Shown: positions 36,236 to 46,280, numbered from the stretch's first letter. The stretch: DNA of 64,000 bases from Alphaproteobacteria bacterium (GCA_017480745.1 JAFUSA010000025.1:22122-86121), one strand, 5' to 3'. Translations and numbers: made by a program. Notes: generated by a model from the letters alone, not told the origin.

Positions 36236-36742
36236 ATGAGTAAGTACATTTGTGATTCAAAGGTCAATGCATTAGTTGCTTTCAACAAGGCTACTGCTAT
36301 CATCGAAACCTACAACACGACCCACAAGCGCCAGATTTGTGCCAAAGAGAACCATCCCAGCGTCGTCAAGATTGTTCTGACCACATCGGCGCCCAACGTC
36401 AAGGCTGCTATGAAGTCACCCAAGGATGTGCGCAAGTTCAACCGCAAGCATCCGATCGGAGTTCCGTTTATGTGCTTTATGGTTCGCACCTCTTTCAACA
36501 TGGCTGTTATCGTCGGTATCGAATCTGGTCTGGCCGAAATCGTAAGCCTGCGTCCGATCATCTTCAAGGATGTATACCACGGTGGTTTCAAGATCAAGGG
36601 CGTGCGCTACAAGGTTAAGGACTATTGCAACGGTATGCCTCGCTTTCAGGCTGTGATCAGAGACAAGCGGCCGCGACACAAGAAGGTTTCTCTTACCTCT
36701 CCTGTTGTCGTCAGAGCCAAGGCTTTTTTGGGTATTCAATAG
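36236..36742 (+). CDS. Hypothetical protein with atypical codon usage
   Basis: 168 aa from the ATG at 36236 (the track start at 36194 is GTG). Lys codons by my reading are 19 AAG to 1 AAA, the opposite of the rest of the window. About 52% G+C in line 36301-36360. No SD. Confidence 0.5.
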   Translation: MSKYICDSKVNALVAFNKATAIIETYNTTHKRQICAKENHPSVVKIVLTTSAPNVKAAMKSPKDVRKFNRKHPIGVPFMCFMVRTSFNMAVIVGIESGLAEIVSLRPIIFKDVYHGGFKIKGVRYKVKDYCNGMPRFQAVIRDKRPRHKKVSLTSPVVVRAKAFLGIQ

Positions 36743-36789
36743 TTAGAGTGATTGTAAACCTAAGTCAAATCTAATCTAAAACTGATCTT

Positions 36790-37065
36790 ATGATTACATT
36801 ATTGATTATTTGCCAACTATCCGTGGCTCAGCCAACGGTCCCGCCTCCATCGGAGACACAAGTTGAGGTAACTCGCATGTATGGTCTGCCAGGGCGAAGA
36901 GTTATATTGTCGGTTCCACAGTTTGAGGAGGATTATACCGATTATAATCTTTTCGATGGTCAATTTTTTGCGGATCCTGCCGGTTTCAAGCGCAAGGTCG
37001 CCAAATTCAAGCGCAGGCCTGTCTACAACCGTCGCGGTTATCGCAGTAGCATGAATCATGAATAA
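36790..37065 (+). CDS. Hypothetical small protein
   Basis: 91-aa ORF followed by a clear terminator hairpin (AAACTCTATCC-gaaa-GGGATAGGGTTT plus a T-run at about 37080-37115). Confidence 0.45.
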   Translation: MITLLIICQLSVAQPTVPPPSETQVEVTRMYGLPGRRVILSVPQFEEDYTDYNLFDGQFFADPAGFKRKVAKFKRRPVYNRRGYRSSMNHE

Positions 37066-37229
37066 TCTTCTATGAAAAATGAAACTCTATCCGAAAGGGA
37101 TAGGGTTTCATTTTTTTTGAAAACAAATATTTTTGCAAAAAAATGCAATATTTTTTAATTTAATACTTGACAAGTTTGTAAGAGTATGGCAAAAAGCAGA
37201 TGTGTTTGCAAAACACGGCATTAAATTGT

Positions 37230-37319
37230 GGAGAGATGGCAGAGCGGTTTAATGCAGCGGTCTTGAAAACCGTCGAGGGGGCGACCCCTCCAAGAGTTCG
37301 AATCTCTTTCTCTCCGCCA
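37230..37319 (+). tRNA. tRNA-Ser (anticodon TGA)
   Basis: GGAGAGATGGCAGAGCGGTTTAATGCAGCGGTCTTGAAAACCGTCGAGGGGGCGACCCCTCCAAGAGTTCGAATCTCTTTCTCTCCGCCA: 90 nt with a long variable arm, anticodon loop CTTGAAA and encoded CCA. Confidence 0.9.
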
Positions 37320-37328
37320 GTAAAAAAA

Positions 37329-37354
37329 GCACCTCTGAAAAGAGGTGTTTTTTT
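37329..37354 (+). terminator. Rho-independent terminator after tRNA-Ser
   Basis: CACCTCT-gaaa-AGAGGTG followed by TTTTTTT. Confidence 0.75.
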
Positions 37355-37744
37355 GTATTGCGGAGGAGGATTGATTTCAGGTGCCGGATTTTGTGTGGGT
37401 AGAGAATATAAAATATTTTTGGGTGAATTGCTTGATTTATGGGATGGTGGGTTTTGTTACGAAGGATATCCGATCGTTCATTGTGAATTAGGAGTCAATT
37501 GGAGCACAATTTATCATATTGAATATATAAAAGATGAGAAGAAATGTTCAAGCGTGTAAAAAAGGCAAATATAAACAGTAAATTTCCGGATATATCAACT
37601 TATAAAGATATTGATTTAATGATAAAAGTTTGGAATAAATATTATTATAGACAGTTCAATTTATGATCATCTGCTTGACAATAATGCTATTACGGGATAT
37701 AATTTTCAAGTGTTTTTAATGCTGTTGATTCGGGAGCAAATATA

Positions 37745-38635
37745 ATGTCGGAACATTCACATCATCACCACCATCACGGAGATGTAACCGAAAAATCCGT
37801 AAAGCTTTTGATTTTATCGTTTGCAATCAATATGCTTTTATCGGTTGCTGAAATTATAGGAGGTATTATATCCGGAAGTATTGCTTTGATTGGCGATGCG
37901 TTACATAACACATCAGATGCTTTATCAATTTTGATTGCGGTTATAGCTTTTAAAATAGGGCATAAGAAGGCCTCTGCAAAATATACCTATGGATTTAAGC
38001 GAGCCGAAGTAATCGGCGGATTTGTGAATTTGATATTGTTATTTATATCGGGCTGCTATTTATTTGTTGAAGGAATTGAACACTTGATTTATCCTCGGCA
38101 GATTGAGGGATTGTTAATAGTGTGGATTTCTGTTTTGGCATTGATTATTGATGCAATAACGGCAAAAATTTCGCACCACGATGCGCATCATAGCGCGAAT
38201 ATGAAAATGGTTTTTGTGCACAATTTAGCCGATGCTTTCGGTTCAATCGGGGTGATTATTTCCGGTTTGTGCATTGTGTGGTTTGATGTATATCGTATTG
38301 ACGGAGTTGTGGCTTTATTGATTGCCGGCTACATGATTTTTCAGTCGGTTATATCGTTTCCGCAAATTGTTAATATTTTGATGAATGCTGCTCCGGACGA
38401 TATTGATATTGATCAGGTTAAAAATTCGCTGTTACAAATTAAAAACGTTAAAGGAGTGCATCATATTCATTTATGGTGTATCAGTGAGCACGAGGTGGCT
38501 TTGGAATGCCATATTGAAAGTGATGATACAAGTGTTGTTATGCAGGCGCAGTCACTGTTAAAAGATAAATTCGGCATTAAACATTGTAATTTGCAAACAG
38601 AAAAAGAATCCTGCGGCGAATGTTGCGATTTATAA
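37745..38635 (+). CDS. Cation diffusion facilitator (CzcD/ZitB-type) metal efflux transporter
   Basis: 296 aa with a His-rich N-terminus (MSEHSHHHHHHGD), six TM helices, IIGGIISGSIALIGDALHNTSD, and a C-terminal cytoplasmic domain. Confidence 0.85.
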   Translation: MSEHSHHHHHHGDVTEKSVKLLILSFAINMLLSVAEIIGGIISGSIALIGDALHNTSDALSILIAVIAFKIGHKKASAKYTYGFKRAEVIGGFVNLILLFISGCYLFVEGIEHLIYPRQIEGLLIVWISVLALIIDAITAKISHHDAHHSANMKMVFVHNLADAFGSIGVIISGLCIVWFDVYRIDGVVALLIAGYMIFQSVISFPQIVNILMNAAPDDIDIDQVKNSLLQIKNVKGVHHIHLWCISEHEVALECHIESDDTSVVMQAQSLLKDKFGIKHCNLQTEKESCGECCDL

Positions 38636-38648
38636 ACAAGGGGAATTT

Positions 38649-39536
38649 ATGCACGATATTTGGAATCCGTGGCACGGATGCATAAAAAAAAGCGAAGGAT
38701 GTCGGCACTGTTATATGTATTTTTTGGATAAGCAGCGCAATGCTGACGGTTCAAGAATATACCGAGTTAAGAACAATTTTGATTATCCGCTGCATAAAAA
38801 TGCCGATGGTTCATATAAAATAAAAAGCGGAGAATGTTTGCGTGTGTGTCTTACCTCAGATTTTTTTTTGGCGGAAGCAGACGAGTGGCGCAATGAAGCG
38901 TGGGCAATAATTAAACAACGTCCGGATGTCGGGTTCTTTTTGCTGACCAAACGACCGGAACGCGTTGCCGACCATTTACCAAAAGATTGGGGCACGGGTT
39001 GGGATAATGTTTTTTTTAGTGTTACGGCGGAAAATCAAGACAGAGCAGATGAACGTTTGCCAATTCTGCTTGATTTACCTTTCAAACATAAAGGTGTAAT
39101 GACTGCGCCGTTTATCGGAGCAATTTCGCTTCAAAAATGGCTCAAAAGCGGACAAATTGAGCAGGTAATTGCAGGTGGTGAAAATTATGACGGTTCTCGA
39201 AAATTAAAATATGAGTGGGTGAAATCGTTATATGAAGAATGCGTGGCGGCAAATGTTATGTTTTGTTTTATTGAAACCGGAACAAAATTTGAAAAAGACG
39301 GTAAAATATATACAATACCGAATAAACGTTTGCAAAGCGAAATGGCATATAAATCGGGTTTACAGTTTGCGGGGAAGGCAATTAAATGGAACTTATACAA
39401 GCCGCAAAGCGAACTTTTTGATAGCGGATGGTATGTAAAGCATTGGCGTAAATATTGCGAAACTTGTGGTTCGCGCTTGATTTGCAACGGTTGTTCCGAT
39501 TGTGGAGAATGCGAAAAAGATACAAAAAGCTTATAA
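38649..39536 (+). CDS. DUF5131 / phage Gp37-Gp68 family protein
   Basis: The N-terminus IWNPWHGCIKKSEGCRHCYMY matches the family signature WNPW.GC...S.GC..CY. The C-terminal tail is Cys-rich (CETCGSRLICNGCSDCGECE). Confidence 0.7.
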   Translation: MHDIWNPWHGCIKKSEGCRHCYMYFLDKQRNADGSRIYRVKNNFDYPLHKNADGSYKIKSGECLRVCLTSDFFLAEADEWRNEAWAIIKQRPDVGFFLLTKRPERVADHLPKDWGTGWDNVFFSVTAENQDRADERLPILLDLPFKHKGVMTAPFIGAISLQKWLKSGQIEQVIAGGENYDGSRKLKYEWVKSLYEECVAANVMFCFIETGTKFEKDGKIYTIPNKRLQSEMAYKSGLQFAGKAIKWNLYKPQSELFDSGWYVKHWRKYCETCGSRLICNGCSDCGECEKDTKSL

Positions 39537-39731
39537 CCAAAATTCAGCGTTTTCTTAAATACTTATATATTGAACAGGAAATGTTTGTTTTTTAACAAAC
39601 GGAGATTAATTTTATAGAAGCAAATTGCTAAAACAGAAAAAATCGTTGACTTTTATTCGTTGAAAAGATAAAAAGATAACAGAAATTGATTAATTGATGT
39701 TGAATAAATAATTGATTTAAGGAGAAAATAA

Positions 39732-40283
39732 ATGAAAAAAGTTTTATCGCTAATTACAGGGCTTATGCTTGGTTCTGCTGCTGTGCCTGCTGCTAATGCC
39801 AAAACGTTGGTGGCCTATTTTACGTTGAGTGGAAATACGGAAAAAGCAGCAAAAATTGTAGCCGAAGAAACAGGAGCTGATTTGTATAAAATTGAATTGG
39901 TAACACCGTATCCGGCAGAATATAAAGCACAAACAGAGTTAGCAAAAAAAGAACTCGCCGATGGAACTTTACCGGCAATTAAACCGTGGCCGGAAAATAT
40001 TGATGAATACGATGTTGTGTTTATCGGTTCGCCTGTTTGGTGGGGAACGATGTCAACCCCTGTCAGAACATTTTTGGCTTCCGGTGTGCTCAAAGGAAAA
40101 ACAGTTATTCCGTTTGTTACTCATGGTGGCGGTGGAGCCGATGAGTCATTTGCCGATACAGAAAAACTTTGTGAAGGTTGCAATGTTATTACCGACGGAT
40201 GGTCCGGTTACAGCCGTATAACTTTCGGTCTTGCCGGATGGGCTGAAAAAAGTCTGAAAGCGGCAACTTCAAACGATAAATAA
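39732..40283 (+). CDS. Flavodoxin-like protein with an N-terminal signal peptide
   Basis: MKKVLSLITGLMLGSAAVPAANA followed by LVAYFTLSGNTEKAAKIVAEETGADLYKI...YDVVFIGSPVWWGTMSTPVRTFL. Confidence 0.7.
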   Translation: MKKVLSLITGLMLGSAAVPAANAKTLVAYFTLSGNTEKAAKIVAEETGADLYKIELVTPYPAEYKAQTELAKKELADGTLPAIKPWPENIDEYDVVFIGSPVWWGTMSTPVRTFLASGVLKGKTVIPFVTHGGGGADESFADTEKLCEGCNVITDGWSGYSRITFGLAGWAEKSLKAATSNDK

Positions 40284-40303
40284 TAACAGTAGAGGACTGT
40301 GTT

Positions 40304-41329
40304 ATGAAAAAAATATTTTCAATAGGTGTAATAACGGGAATTATTGCAACATTTTTAATGGGAGAAAATGCTATGGCTGAGAATCTTACAACAGAACAAA
40401 AATCCGTGGCAGAAGTTTCGGCATATACGGCAAGCGGCAATCAAACAGGCTTAAAAGAAGCTTTAATAAAAGGACTTGATGCCGGTGTTACGGTAAACAC
40501 ATATAAGGAAATTTTGGTGCAATCGTATGCTTATTGTGGTTTTCCGCGTGCGTTGAATGCTTTGGCAACGTTAATGCAAACGGTTGATGAGCGGGGTAAA
40601 ACTGATGAAAGTGGCGCAGAGCCGTCTGCAAAACCACAAGGCAGTGCTCTGAATTATGGCACAGAAAATCAAACTAAATTGGTAGGCGCAGAAGTTAAAG
40701 GCAAATTGTTTGAATTTGCTCCGGCGATTGATGAATATTTAAAAGCACATTTATTCGGTGATATTTTTGCACGAGATAATGTTGATTGGAAAATGCGTGA
40801 AGTGGCAACAATTGCTATGTTGGCAGTGCGTGACGGTGTAGAAAGCCAACTTGATGCACATATAAACATTGGTAAACATAACGGTTTGACCGATGATCAA
40901 GTGAATGAGATTTTGGATATTGCTACTCAAACTAAGGCAAAAAATGTTATTTTCGGATTTGGTAAAGAAAATCCATATTCACAATACTTTACGGGCAAAA
41001 GTTATTTACAACCTATTACTACCGATAACGGAGTTCCGATGTTTAATGTTACATTTGAACCAAAGTGTCGTAATAATTGGCATATTCATCACAAAGGTGG
41101 ACAAATTTTGCTTGTAACATCCGGACGCGGTTGGTATCAGGCGTGGGGTGAAGAGCCTCGTGAACTTAAAGCCGGCGATGTGGTTAATATTCCACCGGAA
41201 ACAAAGCATTGGCATGGTGCTGCCAAAGATAGTTGGTTTACCCATATTGCAGTTGAAGTTCCGTCGGAAGGAGGGTCTAACGAATGGCTTGAACCTGTGT
41301 CGGATGAGGAATATAACAAATTAAAATAG
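40304..41329 (+). CDS. Carboxymuconolactone decarboxylase-family domain fused to a cupin domain; exported
   Basis: Signal peptide, then a CMD-like region (...AYCGFPRALNA..., ...REVATIAMLAVRDGVESQLDAHINIG...), then a cupin region (GGQILLVTSGRGWYQ...GDVVNIPPETKHWHGA). Confidence 0.6.
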   Translation: MKKIFSIGVITGIIATFLMGENAMAENLTTEQKSVAEVSAYTASGNQTGLKEALIKGLDAGVTVNTYKEILVQSYAYCGFPRALNALATLMQTVDERGKTDESGAEPSAKPQGSALNYGTENQTKLVGAEVKGKLFEFAPAIDEYLKAHLFGDIFARDNVDWKMREVATIAMLAVRDGVESQLDAHINIGKHNGLTDDQVNEILDIATQTKAKNVIFGFGKENPYSQYFTGKSYLQPITTDNGVPMFNVTFEPKCRNNWHIHHKGGQILLVTSGRGWYQAWGEEPRELKAGDVVNIPPETKHWHGAAKDSWFTHIAVEVPSEGGSNEWLEPVSDEEYNKLK

Positions 41330-41491
41330 TGGTGATTATGTTAAACAATGCCGCAAGCAGTTAAGGAAAATAAAATATTTTTTATTTTTTTGCATGCGTA
41401 GAAAGCCGTTTAATTTATTCACAAGATGTGTAACATTTTTAATGATATTTTTATAAACTATGCTATATGCTTGCATTTAGGAGAAGTATAA

Positions 41492-41905
41492 ATGCAAAAG
41501 TGTTATAAATGCGGTTCAAAACAAATTGTTAAAAACGGTAAAGTTTTCGGGTGGCAACGTTATAAATGCAAGGACTGTGGTTATCAATTTACAAAAAATG
41601 CTCCGGCCGGAAAACCGATGCATATAAAATTATTAACTCACACACTCTATTCTGCCGGTTTTACAATGCGCCAAATATCAGGTATTATCGGAATAACGGC
41701 TCAATCAATTTCACGCTGGATAAAACGTTGGCATAGCACTTTTGTTGAAGAAACCGGATATTCTCAAAAATTTATGAGGGTAAAATCACAAGAGCTTTTA
41801 GAAATAATGAATATCAGTCAGGATGCGCAATATATTGTAATGCGTGACGAGTTGTCTTCGGGAGCCGAAATATATATTACTATTAAGTTGCCATCACAGA
41901 AATAA
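41492..41905 (+). CDS. IS1 InsA-like zinc-ribbon/HTH protein. It is an orphan with no transposase catalytic ORF or inverted repeats.
   Basis: MQKCYKCGSKQIVKNGKVFGWQRYKCKDCGYQFTKN (CxxC...CxxC) followed by an HTH-like segment FTMRQISGIIGITAQSISRWIKRW. Confidence 0.55.
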   Translation: MQKCYKCGSKQIVKNGKVFGWQRYKCKDCGYQFTKNAPAGKPMHIKLLTHTLYSAGFTMRQISGIIGITAQSISRWIKRWHSTFVEETGYSQKFMRVKSQELLEIMNISQDAQYIVMRDELSSGAEIYITIKLPSQK

Positions 41906-41999
41906 TATCATTAAAAAAGTTACATAATGTTTTTTGTGCTTGACTTTTGTATTCAACCTTTTTATTTTTCCGAAGATTATTTAAACAGGAAGGTATGAT

Positions 42000-43115
42000 A
42001 TGAAGGTTAAAAAAATCAAAAGTGGCAAAATATATCTTAATGCGTTTTACGCGCTGTGTTTGATTATGTTCGGTTGGTGGCTCAATAACCGTATGTCTCC
42101 GCAATCAGGCGGGTGGAATATGGAAGTACCGTCGGTTCAGATTCAAAGTTTGCAACAGCAGGATGTTTCTGCCAAAAAGAAATATATTGCGCAAGTTGAA
42201 GCAATTAATAGTGTTGATGTCATACCTCAGGTTTCCGGCTATATTGAGCAGATTTTATTTCAAAATGGTGCCGAAGTTAAAAAAGGTGATGTGTTATTTG
42301 TGATAGAACAACGCCGGTATAAAGATAATTTGAAAGCTGCTTCCGCTACACGCAAACAATTAGCGGCTGATTATAATCGCTTAACCTCATTACATGATAA
42401 AAAGTTTATATCCGATAAAGAGGTTGAAGCAGCGGAAAGTGCTTTGAAAAATGCCGAAGCGGCAGAAGATTTGGCCAAGCTTAATTTAGAATATACCGAG
42501 GTAAAATCGCCGATTGATGGGGTTATCAGCAAAGCATTGGTTACGGTTGGTAATTTGGTCAGCCAAAATACGCAACGCTTGGCGCGCATTGTGCAGGAGC
42601 GTCCTGTGCGTATAGTATTTTCCGTAACAGATAAAGAACGTTCAGTGTTTATAGATAAGCTTAAAGAAGCGCAAGATGTGTTTGTTGATATTGTGTTGCC
42701 AAACGGTGAAGTTCAAACGCAAACGGCCCAAAATCTGTTTTTTGGGAATGAAGTAAACGCCGACACGGCAACCATTCCAGTATATTTAGATGCCTTAAAT
42801 GAGGATAATTTGTTAGTTCCGGGAAATTATGTTGATATTTACATGCGGTTTACAAGTAAGAAAATGGCGCTTTTGGTGCCGCAAATGGCACTTTCCGAAG
42901 ATGCCAACGGAACTTATGTTATGGCGGTAAAAAAGTCTGATACGGGTGATGAATATATTGCAGAGCAAAAATATATAAAACTTGGTGATGTAATTGACGA
43001 TTGGCAAGTTGTAATCTCCGGTTTAGATATAAATGACAAGGTGATAGTGCAAGGATTACAAAAAGTTCGTGCCAATGCTCCGGTTAAACCGATATATGTT
43101 GATAACGGCAAATAA
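42000..43115 (+). CDS. RND efflux periplasmic adaptor (membrane fusion protein)
   Basis: 371 aa with an N-terminal anchor, a lipoyl/hairpin pattern (...VSGYIEQILFQNGAEVKKGDVLFVIE..., coiled coil, ...YTEVKSPIDGVIS...), directly upstream of the RND pump. The exact start is uncertain. Confidence 0.85.
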   Translation: MKVKKIKSGKIYLNAFYALCLIMFGWWLNNRMSPQSGGWNMEVPSVQIQSLQQQDVSAKKKYIAQVEAINSVDVIPQVSGYIEQILFQNGAEVKKGDVLFVIEQRRYKDNLKAASATRKQLAADYNRLTSLHDKKFISDKEVEAAESALKNAEAAEDLAKLNLEYTEVKSPIDGVISKALVTVGNLVSQNTQRLARIVQERPVRIVFSVTDKERSVFIDKLKEAQDVFVDIVLPNGEVQTQTAQNLFFGNEVNADTATIPVYLDALNEDNLLVPGNYVDIYMRFTSKKMALLVPQMALSEDANGTYVMAVKKSDTGDEYIAEQKYIKLGDVIDDWQVVISGLDINDKVIVQGLQKVRANAPVKPIYVDNGK

Positions 43116-43126
43116 GGGGTAGAACT

Positions 43127-46100
43127 ATGTTTTCAGCATTTTTTATTAAAAGACCTCGTTTTTCTTTTGTTATTTCCATCGTCATTGTGTTGGTCGGAAT
43201 TTTAGCATTATTTAATTTGCCGATTGCTCTATATCCGGAGGTTACACCTCCACAAATTACGGTAAATGCAACATATCCGGGTGCAAGCGCGGATGTAATT
43301 GCTCGCACTGTCGGTATTCCGCTTGAAGACGAAGTGAACGGTGTGGAAGATATGCTTTATATGAATTCTTCCTCGCAAGATTCGGCCTATACTCTGACAG
43401 TTACTTTTAAGACAGGTATTGATCCGGATATTGCACAGGTAAAAGTTCAAAATCGTGTGCAACAAGCAACATCTAAATTACCTGATGAAGTAACTCGGCA
43501 AGGTTTGTCTGTAAAGCGTGAATCCACTAATATTTTAGGCTTTTTTGTATTTTCCTCTCCGAAGGGAACTATGGATGAAAAGCAGATTGCTGACTATGTT
43601 TATAACAATGTGCAACGAACTTTGGCAAAAGTTTCCGGTGTGGGCGGTGTTGATGTGTATGCGGCGCAGTTAAGTATGCGCGTATGGCTTAATGCCGATA
43701 AAATGGCAGCAATGCAGATAAATGCCGGTGAGATATATAGCGCCATTGCCGGACAAAACTATCAACCGGCACTTGGTAAGGTGGGAGCAGCTCCAACGGA
43801 AAGTTCTACGCCGATGGTCTATACTCTGCAAACAAACGGGCGTATGTCTACGGTTGAGCAGTTTGAAAATATTATTGTTCGCACAGCCGAAGACGGCGGT
43901 TTGGTTCGTTTAAAAGATGTGGCTAAAATTGAATTGGGGCAGGAGAATTATTCGATATCCGGTCAGTTTAACGGCAACGGCGCTGTTTCAATGGCAATTA
44001 ATTTATCATCAGGTGCAAATGCTTTGGAAACAATGAAAAATGTTAAGGAAGTGCTTGAAGAGCTTTCTCAATTTTTTCCGGAAGATATGACATATACAAT
44101 CGCCTATGATTCGACCAAATATATTCATGCTTCGGTTGAAGAGGTGGTATTCACATTGCTTTTGACTTTGGCACTTGTGGTTGGTGTTTGTTACTTTTTT
44201 CTACAAGATTTTTATTCAACACTTATTCCTACATTAACCATTCCGGTTTCTATTTTGGGAACATTTGCGGTTATTTTGGCGCTGGGATACAGCATTAATA
44301 TGTTTACTTTGTTTGCAATGTTGCTTGCTATCGGAGCCGTTGTTGATGACGCTATTGTGGTGGTTGAGCGCGTGGTGTTTTTAATGCAACATAGCAATAT
44401 GACAGCGCGTGAAGCCACCTTAAAAGCCATGAGTGAAATTACCGGAGCTTTGGTGGCAACATCATGTGTATTATTGGCAATTTTTGTTCCGGTAGGTTTT
44501 TTGGATGGTATTGTCGGCAAAATATATCAGCAATTTTCGGTAACGATAGCCACGGCGATTATGTTTTCATTGTTGAATGCCTTAACTTTGTCACCGGCGT
44601 TATGCGCTTTGTTGATTAAAAAAATAAAACCGCAAAAATCCGGTTTTTGGTTTAAGGTTAACAGTGTCATAGCCAAAGCCATATTTGTTTATTCTTTGGC
44701 TGTGTCGTTTTTGGCTAAGAAACGTCGTGTAGTGTCGGCTATTTTTGTTTTGTTGTGCATTTTGGTGGGAGTTTTATTCAAAACGGCGCAAACATCTTTT
44801 ATTCCTGATGAAGACCAAGGTGTTATTGTAATGAGTTTGCAACTTCCGGAAGGTGCTGCAAAATTACGCACTGAAACGTTGATTGCCAAAGTCGGAGATA
44901 TTATTCGTCAGGAAAAAGGTGTGGAAAATGTTTCTGATGTTATCGGTTTTTCGTTGATGGGCGGACGAGGCGAAAATGTAGCAATGTCTTTTATTGTGTT
45001 AAAACCGTGGGAACAACGTAAAAGTTTAGAAGATTTTTCAACTAACATAATGCACCGTTTGCAAGCAGCAATGATGCAATTTCCGGAAGCGCAATTTCAA
45101 TTTTTTGAAATGCCGGCAATTCCGGGATTGGGTATGGCAAACGGTTTGGATATTCGTTTGCAATCAAGGCAAAGTATGGACTATCAAAAACTTGATGCGG
45201 CTTTGCAAAGCTTTATGGCCAAAGTTAATCAGTTGCCACAAGTGGCCTATGCCTATACAACATTTAATGCCAAAACGCCAAATATTTTCTTGGATATTGA
45301 TAGAGAAAAAGCCGAAAGCATGAAAGTATCCATGGGAAATATTTTTTCAACATTGGAAACGTATTTGGGGTCAGCATACATTAATGATATTAACTTGGGA
45401 ACTCAGGTTAATAAGGTAATGATGCAGTCGGATTGGAAATATCGCGACAATATAGACAATATTAATGAACTTTATGTGCAAAATAATTTAGGACGGATGG
45501 TTCCTATGCGTGGTTTGGTTGACTTGCATAAGGTTTTGGCTCCGCGGGTAGTTGAACGTTATAATCAATATCCGGCGGCTTCTGTTACAGCAGTGCAAAA
45601 ACAGGGAAGTTCTACCAGCGAGGCTATGATCGCGGTAGAAAATCTTATCAGCAGTTTACCGAAAGGATTTAATATTGAATGGTCAACTATGAGCTATCAG
45701 GAAAAGCATACCTCGGGACAAATAGGCTTTTTGTTGCTGTTGTCGTTGACATTTGCCTATTTATTTTTAGTGGCGCAATACGAAAGTTTTGTTATTCCGG
45801 TGCCGGTTATTATGTCTTTAACCGTGGCTGTCAGCGGGGCAATGTTAGGATTGTTTTTCAGTGGCGAAGCATTAAGTATTTACGCACAATTAGGTATTAT
45901 TTTACTGGTTGGTATGGCAAGTAAAAATGCTATTTTGATTGTGGAATTTGCCCGTGATGAACGAGCCAAAGGTGCTACTATTGTAAACGCGGCTGTTCGC
46001 GGCCTAAACGAAAGATTTCGCGCAGTTTTAATGACGGCATCGGCATTTGTGTTGGGTGTGTTTCCTATGATTATTGCCAGCGGAGCGGCTGCTGCCAGTC

Positions 46101-46234
46101 GTAGAGCTATTGGTATTCCGGTATTTTGGGGAATGCTGATCGGCACATTGGGCGGATTACTGATTATTCCGATGTTTTATGTCTTAATTCAGGCAAAATA
46201 TGAAAATTTTGCAAAAAAGAGAAAAAGACTTTAA
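43127..46234 (+). CDS. RND efflux permease (AcrB/AcrD/AcrF family)
   Basis: 1035 aa, MFSAFFIKRPRFSFVISIVIVLVGILALFNLPIALYPEVTPPQITV..., with the 12-TM, two-large-loop architecture. Confidence 0.93.
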   Translation: MFSAFFIKRPRFSFVISIVIVLVGILALFNLPIALYPEVTPPQITVNATYPGASADVIARTVGIPLEDEVNGVEDMLYMNSSSQDSAYTLTVTFKTGIDPDIAQVKVQNRVQQATSKLPDEVTRQGLSVKRESTNILGFFVFSSPKGTMDEKQIADYVYNNVQRTLAKVSGVGGVDVYAAQLSMRVWLNADKMAAMQINAGEIYSAIAGQNYQPALGKVGAAPTESSTPMVYTLQTNGRMSTVEQFENIIVRTAEDGGLVRLKDVAKIELGQENYSISGQFNGNGAVSMAINLSSGANALETMKNVKEVLEELSQFFPEDMTYTIAYDSTKYIHASVEEVVFTLLLTLALVVGVCYFFLQDFYSTLIPTLTIPVSILGTFAVILALGYSINMFTLFAMLLAIGAVVDDAIVVVERVVFLMQHSNMTAREATLKAMSEITGALVATSCVLLAIFVPVGFLDGIVGKIYQQFSVTIATAIMFSLLNALTLSPALCALLIKKIKPQKSGFWFKVNSVIAKAIFVYSLAVSFLAKKRRVVSAIFVLLCILVGVLFKTAQTSFIPDEDQGVIVMSLQLPEGAAKLRTETLIAKVGDIIRQEKGVENVSDVIGFSLMGGRGENVAMSFIVLKPWEQRKSLEDFSTNIMHRLQAAMMQFPEAQFQFFEMPAIPGLGMANGLDIRLQSRQSMDYQKLDAALQSFMAKVNQLPQVAYAYTTFNAKTPNIFLDIDREKAESMKVSMGNIFSTLETYLGSAYINDINLGTQVNKVMMQSDWKYRDNIDNINELYVQNNLGRMVPMRGLVDLHKVLAPRVVERYNQYPAASVTAVQKQGSSTSEAMIAVENLISSLPKGFNIEWSTMSYQEKHTSGQIGFLLLLSLTFAYLFLVAQYESFVIPVPVIMSLTVAVSGAMLGLFFSGEALSIYAQLGIILLVGMASKNAILIVEFARDERAKGATIVNAAVRGLNERFRAVLMTASAFVLGVFPMIIASGAAAASRRAIGIPVFWGMLIGTLGGLLIIPMFYVLIQAKYENFAKKRKRL

Positions 46235-46256
46235 ATGAATAAAATTGAAACAAAAA

Positions 46257-46280
46257 GCCGGAGCCCTAAAAAGCTCCGGC
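46257..46280. terminator. Bidirectional terminator-like hairpin
   Basis: GCCGGAGC-cctaaaaa-GCTCCGGC between convergent genes. Confidence 0.6.

Noticed and set aside
36310-36739. Three overlapping ORFs (36310-36597 -, 36337-36618 +, 36416-36739 -) within the 36236-36742 gene
   Set aside because: They are products of the locally high G+C, which leaves few stop codons in any frame. Only the 36236 frame runs from a sensible start to a terminator-proximal stop.
37200-37559. 119-aa ORF overlapping tRNA-Ser and its terminator
   Set aside because: It reads straight through a canonical 90-nt tRNA and a strong terminator, so it is very unlikely to be coding.
37320-41990. A genomic island integrated at the 3' end of tRNA-Ser (CDF transporter, DUF5131 phage-type protein, flavodoxin, CMD-cupin, InsA-like)
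   Set aside because: I found no integrase and no direct repeat of the tRNA 3' end downstream, and the composition looks like the rest of the window. The phage and IS-related genes are suggestive, but the island boundaries cannot be shown.
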